A DNA stretch of 64,000 nt, taken from the NCBI RefSeq assembly GCF_963921235.1, contig NC_086107.1:107632001-107696000 (forward strand), in the 5' to 3' direction. Positions 1 to 13,492 of this stretch are shown piece after piece (the first letter of the stretch is position 1; each line of letters starts with the position of its first letter). Source of the stretch: Mobula hypostoma. Lineage: Eukaryota. A model generated the notes under the pieces. The model did not search any database. It saw only the letters and a list, made by a program, of their open reading frames with translations, and had not been told where the DNA came from. The position numbers were made by a program, and so were the translations under genes.

Positions 1-1129
1 TTGAGGTGAGCTAACTACATAGTTGAACCCTGATCACCACAGCCGCTGGTTCAATTTTTTTTAAAAGGTAAGCTAGAGCTTAATGGGTAGCATTGCCTAC
101 CTAGAAGTTCTTGGAAAGGATGTTGGATTTTTTTTTTACTTGAATAGTTTTGATGTATCATTCTCCTGAATGCTACCTGTACATGATTGTCCTATTATGC
201 ACAGATTTGAAATTCAGCTATATGATCTTAGCTTCCTGTACTTAATTAAATCAACTACTATAATTTCCAAGTAGTAGACCTGGGTTTTGCTGCCTCGTTG
301 CTGTTGTCTAGTAGTGTGATAACATAATGAACCTTGTTGCTTTTAATGGAAAGGCTTATGTTTTTAACTTGGACATTCATCACAGAACTATGGTTTACCT
401 TTTGATTTGCAAACACAAATGGGAATGCACTTCAATTCAATGTCCTCTGATAGGAATTAAGAAATATGTTCTTTTACAGCCAACCACTGACATGACAAAT
501 GTGAATATGGCAATAATTGGTAGAGTCTTCAAAGTAATGACTATGCATTTCATTGGACTGGGAAGGTAGCAGCAAATGCAACTTCCTTCCTATTACAAAA
601 GATTCTCTCACATCAAGAAAGTAGTCACAGACTGAAATACTCCTGCCTGAGCAATGGTCTATGAAAGTTGGTGTGCTTCTGGATATTAAGTGTTATTATG
701 TCTGGAGCTTTAATAAAATACCCTTGTATCTTGCTTTATGGGTGCTTTAGCTGATCTAATACACAACTTAGTCGCTTTGGTTCTAGTTGTGCTTCTGATG
801 TAAGATGTCTGGTAAAAGAAGAAAAAGTTTCACTTGGTTGCTTTTTCTTACCAGAAAAATGTGGATAGTCTTTGGCATACAGACAAATGGCAAGAATAGA
901 TCTATCTCTCGTTTTAATTGAGACCACTCTAAACATTCAGTCCTTCCTCACTGGTGCAACTTCTCAAGGGCATTGGGAATGGATGGTATAAAAATGAGCT
1001 TGCTGGCAACTACTACATTGAGAAATGAATGAGAAAAGTTAGTTGCATAAGACCAATCAATTCTGCAGTCTTCTATGAAAGTTCTCCCAGTCCATTCCAG
1101 GTACAGTCCTTCCCACCATTGAGCACATC

Positions 1130-1590
1130 TATACTAAACACTGTCACAGGGAAGCAGCATCCACCATCAGGACCCCCACCACCTGCGACATGCTCTCTTC
1201 AGCTTGCCGCCATCAGGAAGATGGTACAGGAGCTTCAAGACTCGTACCACCAGGAATAGTTACCCCTCAACCATCATGCTCTTGCACCAAAGGGGATAAC
1301 TTCATTCAACTTCACTTGCCCCATCATTAAAATGTTCCCAGAACCAAAGGACTGCTCATCTCATGTTCTTCATATTTATTGTTAATTTATTTATTATTAT
1401 TATTTCTCTATTTTTGTATTTATACAGTTTCTCTTTTTCACACTAGTTGAATGCCCAGGTGCTGTGATCTTTCATTGATTCTCTTGTGGTTATTGTTCTA
1501 TGAATTTAAAGAGTGTGCCTGCAAGAAAATGAATCTCTGGGTTGTATATGGTGAGATATCTGTACTTTGATATATTTACTTTGAATTTTG
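1130..1590 (+). mobile_element. 3' fragment of a Rex/Babar-like (L2-related) LINE
   Basis: Decayed C-terminal motif (gcagcatccaccatcaggacccc...ctcttcagcttgccgccatcagg) plus 3'UTR ending tttactttgaattttg; similar to 13905-14555 and ~19850-20050. Confidence 0.6.
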
Positions 1591-2699
1591 GAATTTCAAC
1601 ATGATGGGAAATCAGTTAATATGATTTGCTGTGAGAATTTTGCTGTTTTTAATAATTAAATTTTGTAAAGTCCTGTAATTCAGACTTTCCAATCTTTGTT
1701 CAAGTAATTTGGAAGCAAATACTGGACATGACTGTATCAGTGGAATGTTGTGATGTGAAAAGGTAGCTAAACATCTGTATTAATGTAATTGGTGAGACCC
1801 ATATACCAGGCATTATCTAATGGGAAATTGAAGTTTTGTTCTATGGCTGATTCATGAATAAAATTATATGCAGTCACCTGGAAGAGATTTTTTTTTTCCC
1901 CCTGCTGAACCAAAGTTAGGATAAGTAGTAACTTGGCGAGCTGTAATTAACGGGGTGGTGTAGAGATCAATAGTGGAACCTCAGCTATTTACATTTTATA
2001 TTAATGGCATGAATGGACTGTGTGTTATGTGACCAGTTTTGCCCAAATTGCAAAAATAAGTCGGAACACAAGTTTGAAAAGGCCATGAAAAGTTTGCATT
2101 GGAAGATCAATAGGTTAAGCAAATTTTGCCGAATGAGTATAACATGGGGAAATGTTACCAAATTTGGTAGAAAGAGTAGAAAAGCATAAAAACTGTATAT
2201 CAGATATTTACAGGGTTCTGATAGCATTGCTAACTCAGATTGACAAATTCAGCGTGAACTGTATGTTGATTCTTTGACAAGTAAAATGTGCAGAATATGG
2301 AGGACTTTACCCCTCCGGTTGCATAAAATTTTAAAGATTTTGTTTGGGGCTTGATTTATTTTAAAATGGCATACTTGTCAGATTTCTTTGAGGGACAGTA
2401 AACTGATATTGTCAATTTCAAGAATTTTGGGGTGGGGGGGGCGAATACTTCTCTCTAAAACCTGTGCCAATCAACAAAGGGCAAACTGGCTTAATGAGCC
2501 AAGTAGTCTCCTATTAAATATTAGATACGTTGTAACATTAACTGAATTGTTGTGTATACAATTCAGTGCGAATTGCTGTATACATATGGATGTTTGTGTG
2601 ATAAAAGATATTTGCAGGTTAAGAAAAGATTTGCCCCTTAAGGCTTTTCCACAGTGGCTGATCTGATAGTGACCTACATTTTGCATTACTAATCCACAT

Positions 2700-3315
2700 T
2701 TGCTAAGGTTGTTGTAGCCGGTGGGGGGCGGTGGTAGAGGGAATAAGCTCCTGCTACCTATTAAATGCTGTCAATGGCATGCGTCTCAAATGGCCTCTGA
2801 CAATCAAGGCCAGCTCCAGGACTTCACATTTCTACTGACAGAAGGGGCAAAGGCAAGATACTGGCACCTTAAAACCAGCTGCTTTGGACAGATGGGGCTC
2901 GTCAGCCATGGTTGTCAGTTCATCTAGAAGGAGAAAACTGATATCAAACGTGCTCTGCCTTGCAGCTATATCCACTCTTCAGGAAGGCTTTGGGTACCCA
3001 CTCATGGGGAAAGCTTCGTGATTAAAACCCCAAGGAATCTGGAACTGGAGTCTTGAAGGCAGTCCTACATTAAGTTCAAAGCTGACTTGCAACTCCTGCG
3101 ATATCACTGGTGCTAAACTGTATTGGTAGTCCATTCCTTTAGATTCATCAGGTGCGTGGTGCGGGCGAGCTTGCTACATGGGCAGCAGCTTGCTCTTCAT
3201 GTTGTACTACCTTGGCTTGCAGATAGCAGGGTCACAAAACCCTTGGTTGACCCCAACCAACATAGGCCTCAAGCCACGTTAAGGTTTCACATGTTGTTTA
3301 GCAAGACCCCTTAAC
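2700..3315. mobile_element. Decayed interspersed repeat, probably RTE-clade related
   Basis: GC-richer block bounded by AT-rich DNA; family judged by general resemblance only, no intact ORF. Confidence 0.35.
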
Positions 3316-3861
3316 TTTCAATAACTACTTTGTTTTTAAGGAAATGTTCCAAACATACAACTTTTGACATGGAAAATTTTACCCTTATCTGTCATAAAGT
3401 GATGGTCATTTATTTTTAAACAGTGACTCCTAGCTCTAGATTTTTCTGTAAGTGGAAATATCTCTACATTTTCATGCTATAAAGCCCCTTCACATAAACA
3501 GTAGTCATAGACAATCACTGCAGCTGAAGAAAGGCTGATGTCTAATCAAGTAAATTGTTGATGAAAACTAACCAGATACTGATTATAAAATTTAAAAAAA
3601 AGCCCGATGCTGGAAATCTGGAAAAGACAACATCCTTGAAATTCAGATCAGACAGCATCTGTGGAAGGTGAATCTATGTTGATGCTCAAGTCTGAGACCC
3701 TTTGTCAGAACAGGCATTTTTCAAATTGAAGAGTTTTTTTATTTGTCTGCAGCATACAGTTTGGGAAACTGAGAGGAGAAAGAAATTTCAAACCACAACT
3801 CAGCACATCTGCCATTGGCAAATCTCAGCCTTAATATCAACTAATATATGAAGAACTGATA

Positions 3862-4826
3862 TCAATATCTATATCAATGATCTGGATGATAATGTAAATT
3901 GGATCAGCAAGTTTGCTGATGATACCAAGATTGGAGGTGTAGTAGACAGTGAGGAAGGTTTTCAGAGCCTACAGAGGGACTTGGACCAGCTGGAAAAATG
4001 GGCTGAAAAATGGCAGATGGAGTTTAATACTGACAAGTGTGAGGTATTGCACGTTGGAAGGACAAACCAACGTAGAACATACAGGGTTAATGGTAAGGCA
4101 CTGAGGAGTGCAGTGGAACAGAGGGATCTGGGAATACAGATACAAAATTCCCTAAAAGTGTCGTCACAGGTAGATAGGGTCGTAAAGAGAGCTTTTGGTA
4201 CATTGGCCTTTATTAATCAAAGTATTGAGTATAAGAGCTGGAATGTTATGATGAGGTTGTATAAGGCATTGGTGAGGCCGAGTCTGGAGTATTGTGTTCA
4301 GTTTTGGTCACCAAATTACAGGAAGGATATAAATAAGGTTGAAAGAGTGCAGAGAAGGTTTACAAGGATGTTGCCGGGACTTGAGAAACTCAGTTACAGA
4401 GAAAGGTTGAATAGGTTAGGACTTTATTCTCTGGAGCGTAGAAGAATGAGGGGAGATTTGATAGAGGTATATAAAATTATGATGGGTATAGATAGAGTGA
4501 ATGCAAGCAGGCTTTTTCCACTGAGGCAAGGGGAGAAAAAAACTAGAGGACATGGGTTAAGGGTGAGGGGGGAAAAGTTTAAAGGGAACATTGGGGGGGG
4601 GCTTCTTCACACAGAGAGTGGTGGGAGTATGGAATGAACTGCCAGACGAGGTGGTAAATGCGGGTTCTTTTTTAACATTTAAGAATAAATTGGACAGATA
4701 CATGGATGGGAGGTGTATGGAGGGATATGGTCCGTGCAGGTCAGTGGGACTAGGCAGAAAATGGTTCGGCACAGCCAAGAAGGGCCAAAGGGCCTGTTTC
4801 TGTGCTGTAGTTTCTATGGTTCTATG
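3862..4826 (+). mobile_element. 5'-truncated CR1 LINE (RT C-terminus + 3'UTR)
   Basis: SKFADDTKIGG upstream of ORF 3981..4637 (KWQMEFNTDKCEVLH, LVRPSLEYCVQFWSP, LERRRMRGDLIEVYKI). Frameshift in a G run near 4593-4601 leads into ORF 4591..4827. Tail ttctatggttctatg. Confidence 0.92.
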
Positions 4827-4924
4827 ATGCTGTAAAATATTTTGTATATCTCTATTGCTATGAGTTGGGTTTCGTGCTGCAACCCTAGTGAAATCAAATT
4901 AAGTAACAGCTTTGGCAGTGCCTG

Positions 4925-5285
4925 CCACGTCCCTCTGGTATGCTTCCTCCTGTATCTTCCATGGTCCCCTCTCCTCTCCTGTCAGATTCCTCCTTTAGCC
5001 CTTTTTTTTTTCTCTTATCACCTCCCAACTTACTTTATCTCACCTCCCCACCCACCCATTTTCCCCTTCACCTATCACCTGCCAGCTTGTACTACTGCTG
5101 TTTTCCCCCCACTCCCACCTCCTTATTTTGGCTTCTTCACCCCTTCCTTTTCAGTCCTGAGGAAGGGCCTTGGACTGAAACGTTGACTGTTTATTCTTTA
5201 TAGATGCTGGCCGACCTGCTGAGTTCCCCCAGTATTTTGTGGGCATTGCTCTGGATTTCCAGTATCTGCAGAATCTTTTGTGTTT
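4925..5285 (+). mobile_element. Penelope-like element terminal (pLTR) fragment, older subfamily
   Basis: Pyrimidine-rich tract, hammerhead-like motif, then gatgctggccgacctgctgagttcccccag...tttccagtatctgcagaatc, homologous to the ends at 28500-28630. Confidence 0.75.
5152..5189 (+). ncRNA. Minimal type-I hammerhead ribozyme-like motif (diverged)
   Basis: CAGTC-CTGAGGA-agggccttggact-GAAA-CG-TT-GACTG: stem I CAGUC/GACUG and both core boxes present, stem II weak. Confidence 0.55.
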
Positions 5286-7189
5286 GTGGAGATGTTTGTG
5301 CTGAAATTGCTATTTTTGTATTAACTGTTGTGGAGTTTGTAGTCTTTGTTTACTTAATAAACACAAATTATTTCTAACGTGGACACTCTTAATGATGGAG
5401 TGATCCCCATATATTGACAGCTGCTTTGTTGCACTTCTGTATGTATAGTCATTTAGTGAAAGATAATCATGAGAATATTTTTCAAAACTGATTTTGATAT
5501 ACTGTTGCATACAACAGTGTTATGATTCTATAAATTGCAGAAACTGATTTCATTGTTGGCATGTTGCTGGGTAAATTGTATAGTCTGTAATATGCAGTAT
5601 CTTTGCCTCTTAATTCACCTTTGATGCTCTTAACTCCCACCACCATCAGTAATAGACCAACTATTATTACTCCTGTCTGTTTTAAGAGTTTATAATGTTT
5701 GTTCAAATATATCTCAAGGACATTATTGCACTAGATGTTGTTGCATCTCTAGTAGATACTTTTCAAAAAAAAACACACTTACATTTGCAGTAATATTGAA
5801 CCATTAGTGATGGTGAATTTTTTTTGATGGGCAGAGTTAATCGCGGTTATGCTTAAATGTTTTAGATTTGTTTAATCATTTTGGTCCACTTTCTTCACTG
5901 TCTAGTCCACTTGTTCAGGGTCCAAATCTTTGGAGACTAGTCTGTGTTTTATATCTTCTATTGTCTTAACAAAAATACTTTCATCAGTAAGTTTCTCCAT
6001 TTTATTGAACCTTTTAAGCAAATAGTTGGAATTTTGGCAGATAACAATTGGTTATTTTAATTTGGCTATTTGCAATTTATATACATAGACTTTTTATAGA
6101 GTCTAAGAAATTAAGGTGCAGTGTCATCTTGTCTCAACCTTCGCATTTGTATTGGTGCAGCAATTTATTTATTATTTCCCCCCCCCCCGCCCCCCACAGA
6201 ACTGGATCAGCTGAATTCGGCTTGCTATATATAGCTTGCTTTCCTTCAAAGTGCATTCACTTTATGTTCTAATAGTCCGACAGAGTAATAGTGGTGGAGC
6301 AAAATGTGTTCCAGAAATTTGCCCACTAAATTAAACCATCTAGTCCCAATTCATTTTGGGGGTTTAGGAAGAACCTTTATTTTGGAGAGGCTTACTTCTA
6401 TGAAGGCAAATTGACTTTCACAATAGAATGAGGGAAATCTGCATTCTCTAGAGTAAATTTTCCGCTTTTACAAAGTAGAAGCTCAAAACATCAACTGTTT
6501 ATTTTCCTCCATAAACGCTGCCTGACCCGCTAAGTTCCTCCAGCACTTCATGTATATTGCTCAGGATTTTCAGCATCTGCAGTCTCTCTTATGGCTACAC
6601 CAAAGAGGTCATGAGTTTAATTCATGGTTTGAACCTCAGCAGTTGATCTTAGCTGAGGTTATCCAGAGGTAGCTCCAGACAATCTTGGTGGTTACCATGA
6701 GGATAACCCACAAGGTAGTCAATATGGAGTGGAATACATTGGAAGTTGCACTAATTTCCCCTCTCTTCTCCCTCACCCCCTTGCAATCTTTGTACGTTTG
6801 CATGTGATGTGCGGTGTTATTCATTCCCTATGGCAGGATGGTGTGACTTTCTGTAATTCTGGATTCTTTCATAATGAGTATTACAGCTTGTTTTTGTTTT
6901 ATGAAAACACAAGTGAAAAGCATAAAAATGAGTTTCAACAGCATGAAATGCAGTTGATGTTCACTCTGAGCTCAGACATTTTTTGTCTGTGCAGACCAAC
7001 TCAATGAATTGCAGTGCTCCATTTTGAATTTCTTTATTTTTAGGGAAACATTATCATTTTGATTTTCTTGAAGGATTTGTAACTGTCATCACTTTCCTGA
7101 TGCTTCAGACATTTATTAAAAGGAATTAATTATCCTGCATTGAGTTATGGGCACCCCAGTTAAACACATTTTCTGGGTACCATTGCATA

Positions 7190-7740
7190 ATACCATAAGA
7201 TATAGGAGCACAATTAGGCCATTCTACCCATCAAATCTGTTCTGCCATTTCATCATGGTGAATTTATTTTTCCTCTCAATCCCATTCTCTTGCCTTCTGC
7301 CTGTAACCTTTGACATCCTTATTTACCAAGACACTATCAACCTTTGCTTTAAATATAACCAGTGACTTGGCTACACGGCAGTCTGTGGTAGTGCCATCCA
7401 CAGATTCTTCACCCTCTCACTAAAATTCTTCCTCATCTCTGTTCTAAAGGGATTTCCATCTCTTCTGAGGCTATGTCCCTGGTCATAGACTCCCCTACGA
7501 CAGGAAACATCCACTCTATCTAGGCCTTTCAATATTCGATAGGTTTCAGTGAGACCCCCACTCTCATTCCAGCGAGTACAGGCCCAGAGTCGTCAAATGT
7601 TTATTAACCCTTTTGTACCTGGGATCATTCTCATGAACCTCCGCTGGGCTGTCTCCAATGACAGCACATCCCTTCTTCGATAAGGGGCAGTCTGACTAAT
7701 ACCTTATAAAGCCACAGCATGGTGTCCTTTTATATATTAG
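7190..7740 (-). mobile_element. CR1 LINE 3' fragment
   Basis: Starts ccataagatataggagcacaattaggccattc (reverse CR1 3' end), followed by decayed RT C-terminus; homologous to 39100-39655 in the opposite orientation. Confidence 0.75.
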
Positions 7741-8041
7741 TCTTCTCGAAGATCCTGAAGAAAAATCAAAAATAAATACACAAATACTGTTGTAATGTGA
7801 GCATTATAAAAGTAAGTAATACTGATTAGGATAATGGTAATATAGCAATATTTTCGCTAAAAAGCTGTTTGTAAAGGGTGATTGTTTCCGGGTTGCAGGG
7901 GTTTAGTTCCATTCTTTCTGCCCAGTGCGCACGTGTGTAGTTCCCCCACCATGCACCGCATTTTCAGCGTAGCCTGTGTTGCATCAAAGTGACCAATCAG
8001 ATTAGATAAGAGTTCAGACTGTCGCAAACATCAATATACGG

Positions 8042-9870
8042 CAGTGGTCCCCAACCTCTGGGCCGCGAAGTGTGCAGTGGTGCAGCCGTAGTCGGGATGC
8101 ACACAGCACATCTTTAAGAAAAGAAGCCGAAATAAACAGGCCCGGCACGTAAATGTCAGCTCAGATCAGAGGCGACGCAATCACTCGTGATATCCTGATA
8201 GCATAGCAGAGGCTCCATGAAAGAAGGCGAAAACATACAAATTCCATCCAGAATGGGAAGAGGAATTTCTATTTACCTTGGTGAAAGACAAGTGTGTATG
8301 TATGTTGTACCGCCAAACAGAAGCACTGACTAAAAGAGGCAACACCAACCACCAGGAATTTGAAGACACCTACCCCCCAAAGAGCGCAATTCGTGCCTGG
8401 AAAGTTGAGCTGAAATCGGGGTTGAAGGCCCAGCAATCGTTCCACAAAACATGCTGCTCAAAATAAGGCTGCTATTGAAGCATCATTTCGTGTAAGTCAC
8501 CTTTTGGCTGAACACAAGAAGCCTTTTACAGATGGTGATTTATTCAAGGAAGCAATGGTCGTTACCGCAGAGATTGTTTTTAATGACTTTATAAACAAAA
8601 GTGGCATCACAACCGCAATATATAATATACTGCTTGGCCAGAGTCACCGTCAGAGGACGTGAATATTTTTCACTACAGTTCGATGAATCCCTGGATGTAA
8701 TGCAAACAGCTCAGCTTGTTGTGTTTGTTAGAATGGCTTTCCAGGATTTTACAACAAAGGAGGACTTCCTCACTCTTTTGCAATAAAGGAAAGAATGAGA
8801 GGTGAGGATATTTACAATGAATTTAAAAAAAATGTCTGTGAAAATGACAACCCCATTCATAAACTGGTGGCAATTACTACTGATGGGGCCGAGCAATGCA
8901 TGGTGTGCGCGTTGGTTTTGTACTGCTAAAAGTCAGTGCCTACTTCGGGTCAACTTATCTATGTGAAATTGCATTTTCACAGATGAAAATTATTAAATCT
9001 AAGTACAGGAGCTGACTTACTGACGGACACCTCACTAGAGTTGCCAACTTTCTCACTCCCAAATAAGGGACAAAAGTAGCAGTCACATCCCAGGACGTTT
9101 GTGTTTACCCTGAGAAAGACTACCATGACCATGAAGTCTTGCACGGGCACCTGTGTGCGCATGCGCGTACGTGCTGATTTTTTTTTACCCCACAAATTGG
9201 TTTTGGCTTAATTTTCATTATTTCTACTTTATATAGGCTGAGTATTTATCATATCATTCCTGCTTTTACTATATGTTAGTGTTATTTTAGGTTTTATGTG
9301 TTATTTGATATGATTTGGTAGGTTTTTTTGGGTCTGGGAACGCTCAAAACTTTTTCCATATAAATTAATGATAATTGCTTCGGCGTAAAGCATTTTGGCA
9401 CGAAAGGTTTCATAGGAATGTTCTACCTTAGTGGGGGGAATACGGGAGGCGTTGGCAACACTTCACCTCACAGACGGTCTCAGACTGGCTGTCTGTAGTT
9501 ATGAGCCAAATTTCAGGGAACTAGCAGAATCTATATTCAGCCCCAGTCACCACACTGAGTGCAACAGTCAATTTTTATTCATTTATTTTTCGTGTTGAAA
9601 TAAAATTAAATAATGAAACTTAGAATTCAAGGTGTGAAGTATTGTAATATTCTTAAAGAAAGACAGCTATGGCCTGTTTGATATGCTAGTTACAGTGTTT
9701 TCTTGTTTGAATTAATTTGAAAGTTTGACAAAAGTATTTTGTGTAATTCAAATACAATTCGCCCAAATAAAAGGCCTCAAATTGGAAGTACAATCTGAGC
9801 TGTGTTTTCTCTAAACGATTTAGTAGGTAGATCTTGTCTTTCACTGAGGTCGAGGTAGGGGGTCTTGGGC
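8042..9870 (+). mobile_element. Decayed hAT (Charlie/SPIN/GTF2IRD2-like) DNA transposon
   Basis: Left end CAGTGGTCCCCAACC. Transposase remnants KKAKTYKFHPEWEEEFLFTLVKDKCVCM, HKKPFTDGDLFKEAM, YFSLQFDESLDVMQTAQLVVFVR, AITTDGA, FGSTYLCEIAFSQMKIIKSKYRS with stops and deletions. Right TIR not clear. Confidence 0.85.
9036..9463. mobile_element. Non-autonomous hAT element (Tip100-like ends) nested in the hAT transposase
   Basis: TIRs TAGAGTTGCCAAC / GTTGGCAACACTT; perfect 8-bp TSD CACCTCAC at 9028-9035 and 9464-9471. Confidence 0.88.
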
Positions 9871-10383
9871 TTCCATCTGTTTCTATTACTTGCTGCTATA
9901 TGGTTTCCAAATGTGTAAATGTGTTAATTGAAGTATAGCTTTGGTGTACCCATATCCAGGAGAGTTGCTATCTTTTGATAACACAGCATGATATTCTTCA
10001 ATCAGATGGATTTGGCTGGTTGGCACACAGCATTTAATTTCTTCTAATGCGTTACTTACGACATTTGTCAAATCTCTGCTTGTTTAACATGGGAGCTCAT
10101 TAAATATATAAGAAGTTGGAGTTCTAAGCCGGAACCATTCAGTTCATAATACCGCCTTTGGTAAATGCACAGCTCTTATTATATTGGACCACAGATCCCG
10201 TGTTAAGTACAGACATAACGGGTTTCTGTAGAATTTTTGAATCTTAGAGTTCTACAGCGTGGAAACTGATCTTTTGGCCCACTGTATCTGTGCCAGCCAT
10301 CAAGCACCTATCAATTGTGATCCCATTTCCTGCACTTCAACCGTTCACATTGTGTGCCATAGTTTTAAATACTCATCTACATA

Positions 10384-11973
10384 CAGTTGCAAGAAAAAAT
10401 TTGTGCACCCTTCACTATTACCTGGTTTTCTGCATTAATTACTCATAAAATGTCGATCTTCATCTAAGTCACAATAATAGACAAATACAATCTGCCTAAA
10501 CTAATAACCCACAATGAATTGTACTACTTCTTGTCAATACTGAGTACAGCATTTAAACAATCACAGTCTAGGTTCAAAAAAAGTATGTGAACCTTTGGGG
10601 TAATGCTTTCTACAAAAGCTATTTGGAGTCAGGTGTTCCAGTCGATGATATTGGAGGTGTGGATTGTAGAAGTGTTTTGTCTTATTAAAAAAAGACACAC
10701 AAAATTAGGTTACTGACAAGGCCTGCTCTTCTCAAGAAAGATCTGTTTATGTGCATCATGCCTCGATCAAAACAATTTTCAGAAGACCTTGGAAGAAAAA
10801 TTGTAGAGATGCATGAAGCTGGAAAAGGCTACAAAAGCATCTCTAAAAGACCTGAGTGTTCATCAGTTCATAGTCAGAAAAATTGTATACAAATGGAGGA
10901 AACTCAGTACTGTTGCTATTGGCCCTAGAAGTGGGCATCCTGCAAAGATCACACCAAGAGCACAATGTGCAATGCTGAGGGAGGTGTAAAAGAACCCATG
11001 GGTAACAGTGAAAGACCTGTAGAAATTTCCAGAACTTTCTAAAGTCTCTATTCATGTGTCCACTAAGAAAAACACTGAATAAGATTGGTGTTCATGGAAG
11101 GACATGACAGAGGAAACCACTGCTCTCCAATAAAAAAAATTCTGCAAGTCTCAAGTTTGCAGAAGATGTCCCACAATGCTTCCAGGACAATGTTCTGTGA
11201 ACAGATGAGACAAAAGTTGAACAACTTCTAGAAATGCACACTGCTACGCTGTAGGTAAGAGTGTACTGTACACCAACACCAAAACTTCATCCTGTGAAGC
11301 ATGATGGAAGGAGCATCATGGTTTTATGCTGCTTTGCTCCCTCAGGACCTGAACAGCCGGCAATCATTGAGGGAACCAACAAATTCAAAATTGTATCAAG
11401 CCATTTTACGGGAGAATGGTAGGATCGCGGTCTGTCGCCTGAAGCTTAATAGGTTGGATGATGTAATAAGACAATTATCCGAAATGTGAGTAAATCAACA
11501 GAATGGTTTAAAAAGAAGAAAATTTGTTTTGGAATGGCCAAGTCAGAGTGCAGATCTTGATCCAATTGAGATGCTGTGGCGTGACCTGAAGAGGGCTGTT
11601 CATGCAAGGTATCCCAGAAATATTGATGAACTGAAACAGTTTTGTGTGGAGTAATGGTCTAAACTTCCTCCTTGCTGTTGTGCAGGTCTGATCGACAGCT
11701 ACAGGAACAGTTTGATGGACGTTATTGCTGTTAAAGGAGTTTCTACTAGTTATTAAATACAAGGATTCACATACCTTTTTCCAGCTTGGACTGTGAATGA
11801 TTGAACAATGTGTTCAATAAAGACATGAAAAGTTCAATTGATTGTGTATTATTAGTTAGACATTGTGTTTGTCAATTATTGTGATTTAGATGAAGATCAG
11901 ACTACATTTTATGAGTAATTAATGCAGAAAAATGGGTAATTGCAAAGGGTTCACTAACTTTTTCTTGCAATTG
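10384..11973 (+). mobile_element. Tc1/mariner transposon, full length (~1.6 kb), pseudogenised transposase ~10758-11756
   Basis: TA flanks (10382-83, 11974-75); long TIRs CAGTTGCAAGAAAAA...TTTTTCTTGCAATTG; MPRSKQFSEDLGRKIVEMHEAGKGYKSISK start, TDETKVE and WPSQSADLDPIEMLW motifs. Confidence 0.93.
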
Positions 11974-12129
11974 TAAATCTTCAATGTTTCATGAGAGTCC
12001 ATTACACCTTTTGGGCACTGTATTCCAGGAATCAGCTGCACTGTGGCGGGGGGGGGGGGTGCGCGCGGGGAGAGAAGAATTCTCAAGTCCATACTAAATT
12101 CCCTATCCATCACCACCATCATCATCATC

Positions 12130-13075
12130 ATCCTCTGGCTGTGGTCACCTATAATAAGGGAAAGTTTTCTCACTCTCAGTCTATGTCCTTCATAATTTTG
12201 TATGTGTCAATCAGGTCCTGTCTTACCATTTTCCATTCCAAGGAAGTTAAACCTAGCCTATCCCAGTCTTTCCTCATAGTTGAAATGCTCCATCACATGC
12301 TACATCCTGGTGAATCTCCTCTGCACTCTCTTATGCAGTTACATTTCCTATATGTGGCAATCAAAATTGTACATGGTTCTCTAACGCTGGCCTACTTAAT
12401 GTTTTATTTGTTGTCCCGTAAGCTCATTGCTCTTATTCTGTGCACTAGACAGTGAAGGTATATGTCTCATATGCTGCCTTAATCACCTTCTACCTGTGTA
12501 ATATCTTCAGGAACTTCTGGAGATGTAAACCAAGTTCCCTCAATTTGTCAGTACTTCCAAGGGTCTTGTCATTCATGAGAATATCCTATTTGTAATGTTC
12601 CTCTCAAAACACATCACTTTACATTTTTTAGATCAACTTCTGTCTGCCACTTCTCTTTCCATCTTACTGATTGATCAATATCATTGTTTCTGCAGATTAT
12701 TCTTCTCTCTACCATTAACAGCTCCAGTAGTTGTGTTTTGTGTATCTAGAAACTTAATCGTATTCATAATCTAGACTGTTTAAAATGTGTACGACACTGC
12801 AAGTATCCTGCATTGATCCCTGTAGTTGTTACTGGTTACGGACTTCCAATTGCAACCCTCTGCCTCCTATCAGCAAGCCAGTTTTGGGTCCATTTTGCCA
12901 AATCGACCCTTAATTTTTCAGAACTTTCTCCCACATGGGACCCTGTCAAAATCTAAAATCCATGTGGACTATATCAATTTCACCACACTTATTGACTCTT
13001 ATTCATCTACTCAATATTCAGTCAGTTTAATTAAACAGGTTATCCCCTTAATCAAATCGTTGATTAATTCCTGTC
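12130..13075 (-). mobile_element. Highly decayed CR1 LINE
   Basis: Reverse-strand remnants (catcctggtgaatctcctctgcactctc, gggaccctgtcaaaatctaaaatccatgtggactatatc); probably continuous with 10240-10381 across the Tc1 insertion. Confidence 0.6.
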
Positions 13076-13084
13076 CCTCCAAGG

Positions 13085-13492
13085 ACAGATTGGAGGATCA
13101 GCATCTCGTATTCCATCTAGGAAACTTCCAACCTGATGGCATGATTATCAATTTCTCCTGGTAATTTTTTTTACCCCTCCCTTTCCCTTTACATTTCCCT
13201 ACTTTGGCCTCTCACCTCTTCTCCTAATTTGCCTAACACCTCTTCCTGATGCCCCTCCTCCTTCTCTTTTTCCCATGGTCCACTCTCGTCTCCTATTAAA
13301 TTCCTTCTCGAGCCTTTACCTTTTTGCACCTATCTGGCTTCACCTATCACTTCATTCCCTTCCCCCCAACCTTTTTATTCTAGCATCTTCCCCTTTATTT
13401 TCTAGTCCTGATACAAGGTCTCAGCCTGAAACGTTGACGCTATTCATTTTCATAGATGCTGCCTGACCTGCTGTGTTCCTCCAACATTTTGT
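13085..13492 (+). mobile_element. Penelope-like element 3' fragment (GIY-YIG C-terminus + pLTR with degenerate hammerhead)
   Basis: RLEDQHLVFHLGNFQPDGMIINFS; tagtcCTGATACAaggtctcagcctGAAACGTTgac at ~13403-13438 (core box mutated). Confidence 0.8.

Noticed and set aside
2790-2850. Possible HDV-like ribozyme in the RTE-like repeat
   Set aside because: I could not build the nested double pseudoknot from this copy; any such motif would be deleted or decayed.
3600-6590. Further hammerheads in PLE-like remnants at ~3605-3712 and ~6480-6590 (also ~16035-16590)
   Set aside because: Core boxes are missing or too degenerate to call.
11991-12455. 154-aa ORF with a poly-His run
   Set aside because: Produced by a CAY microsatellite and a G run within decayed CR1 sequence; no splice or homology support.
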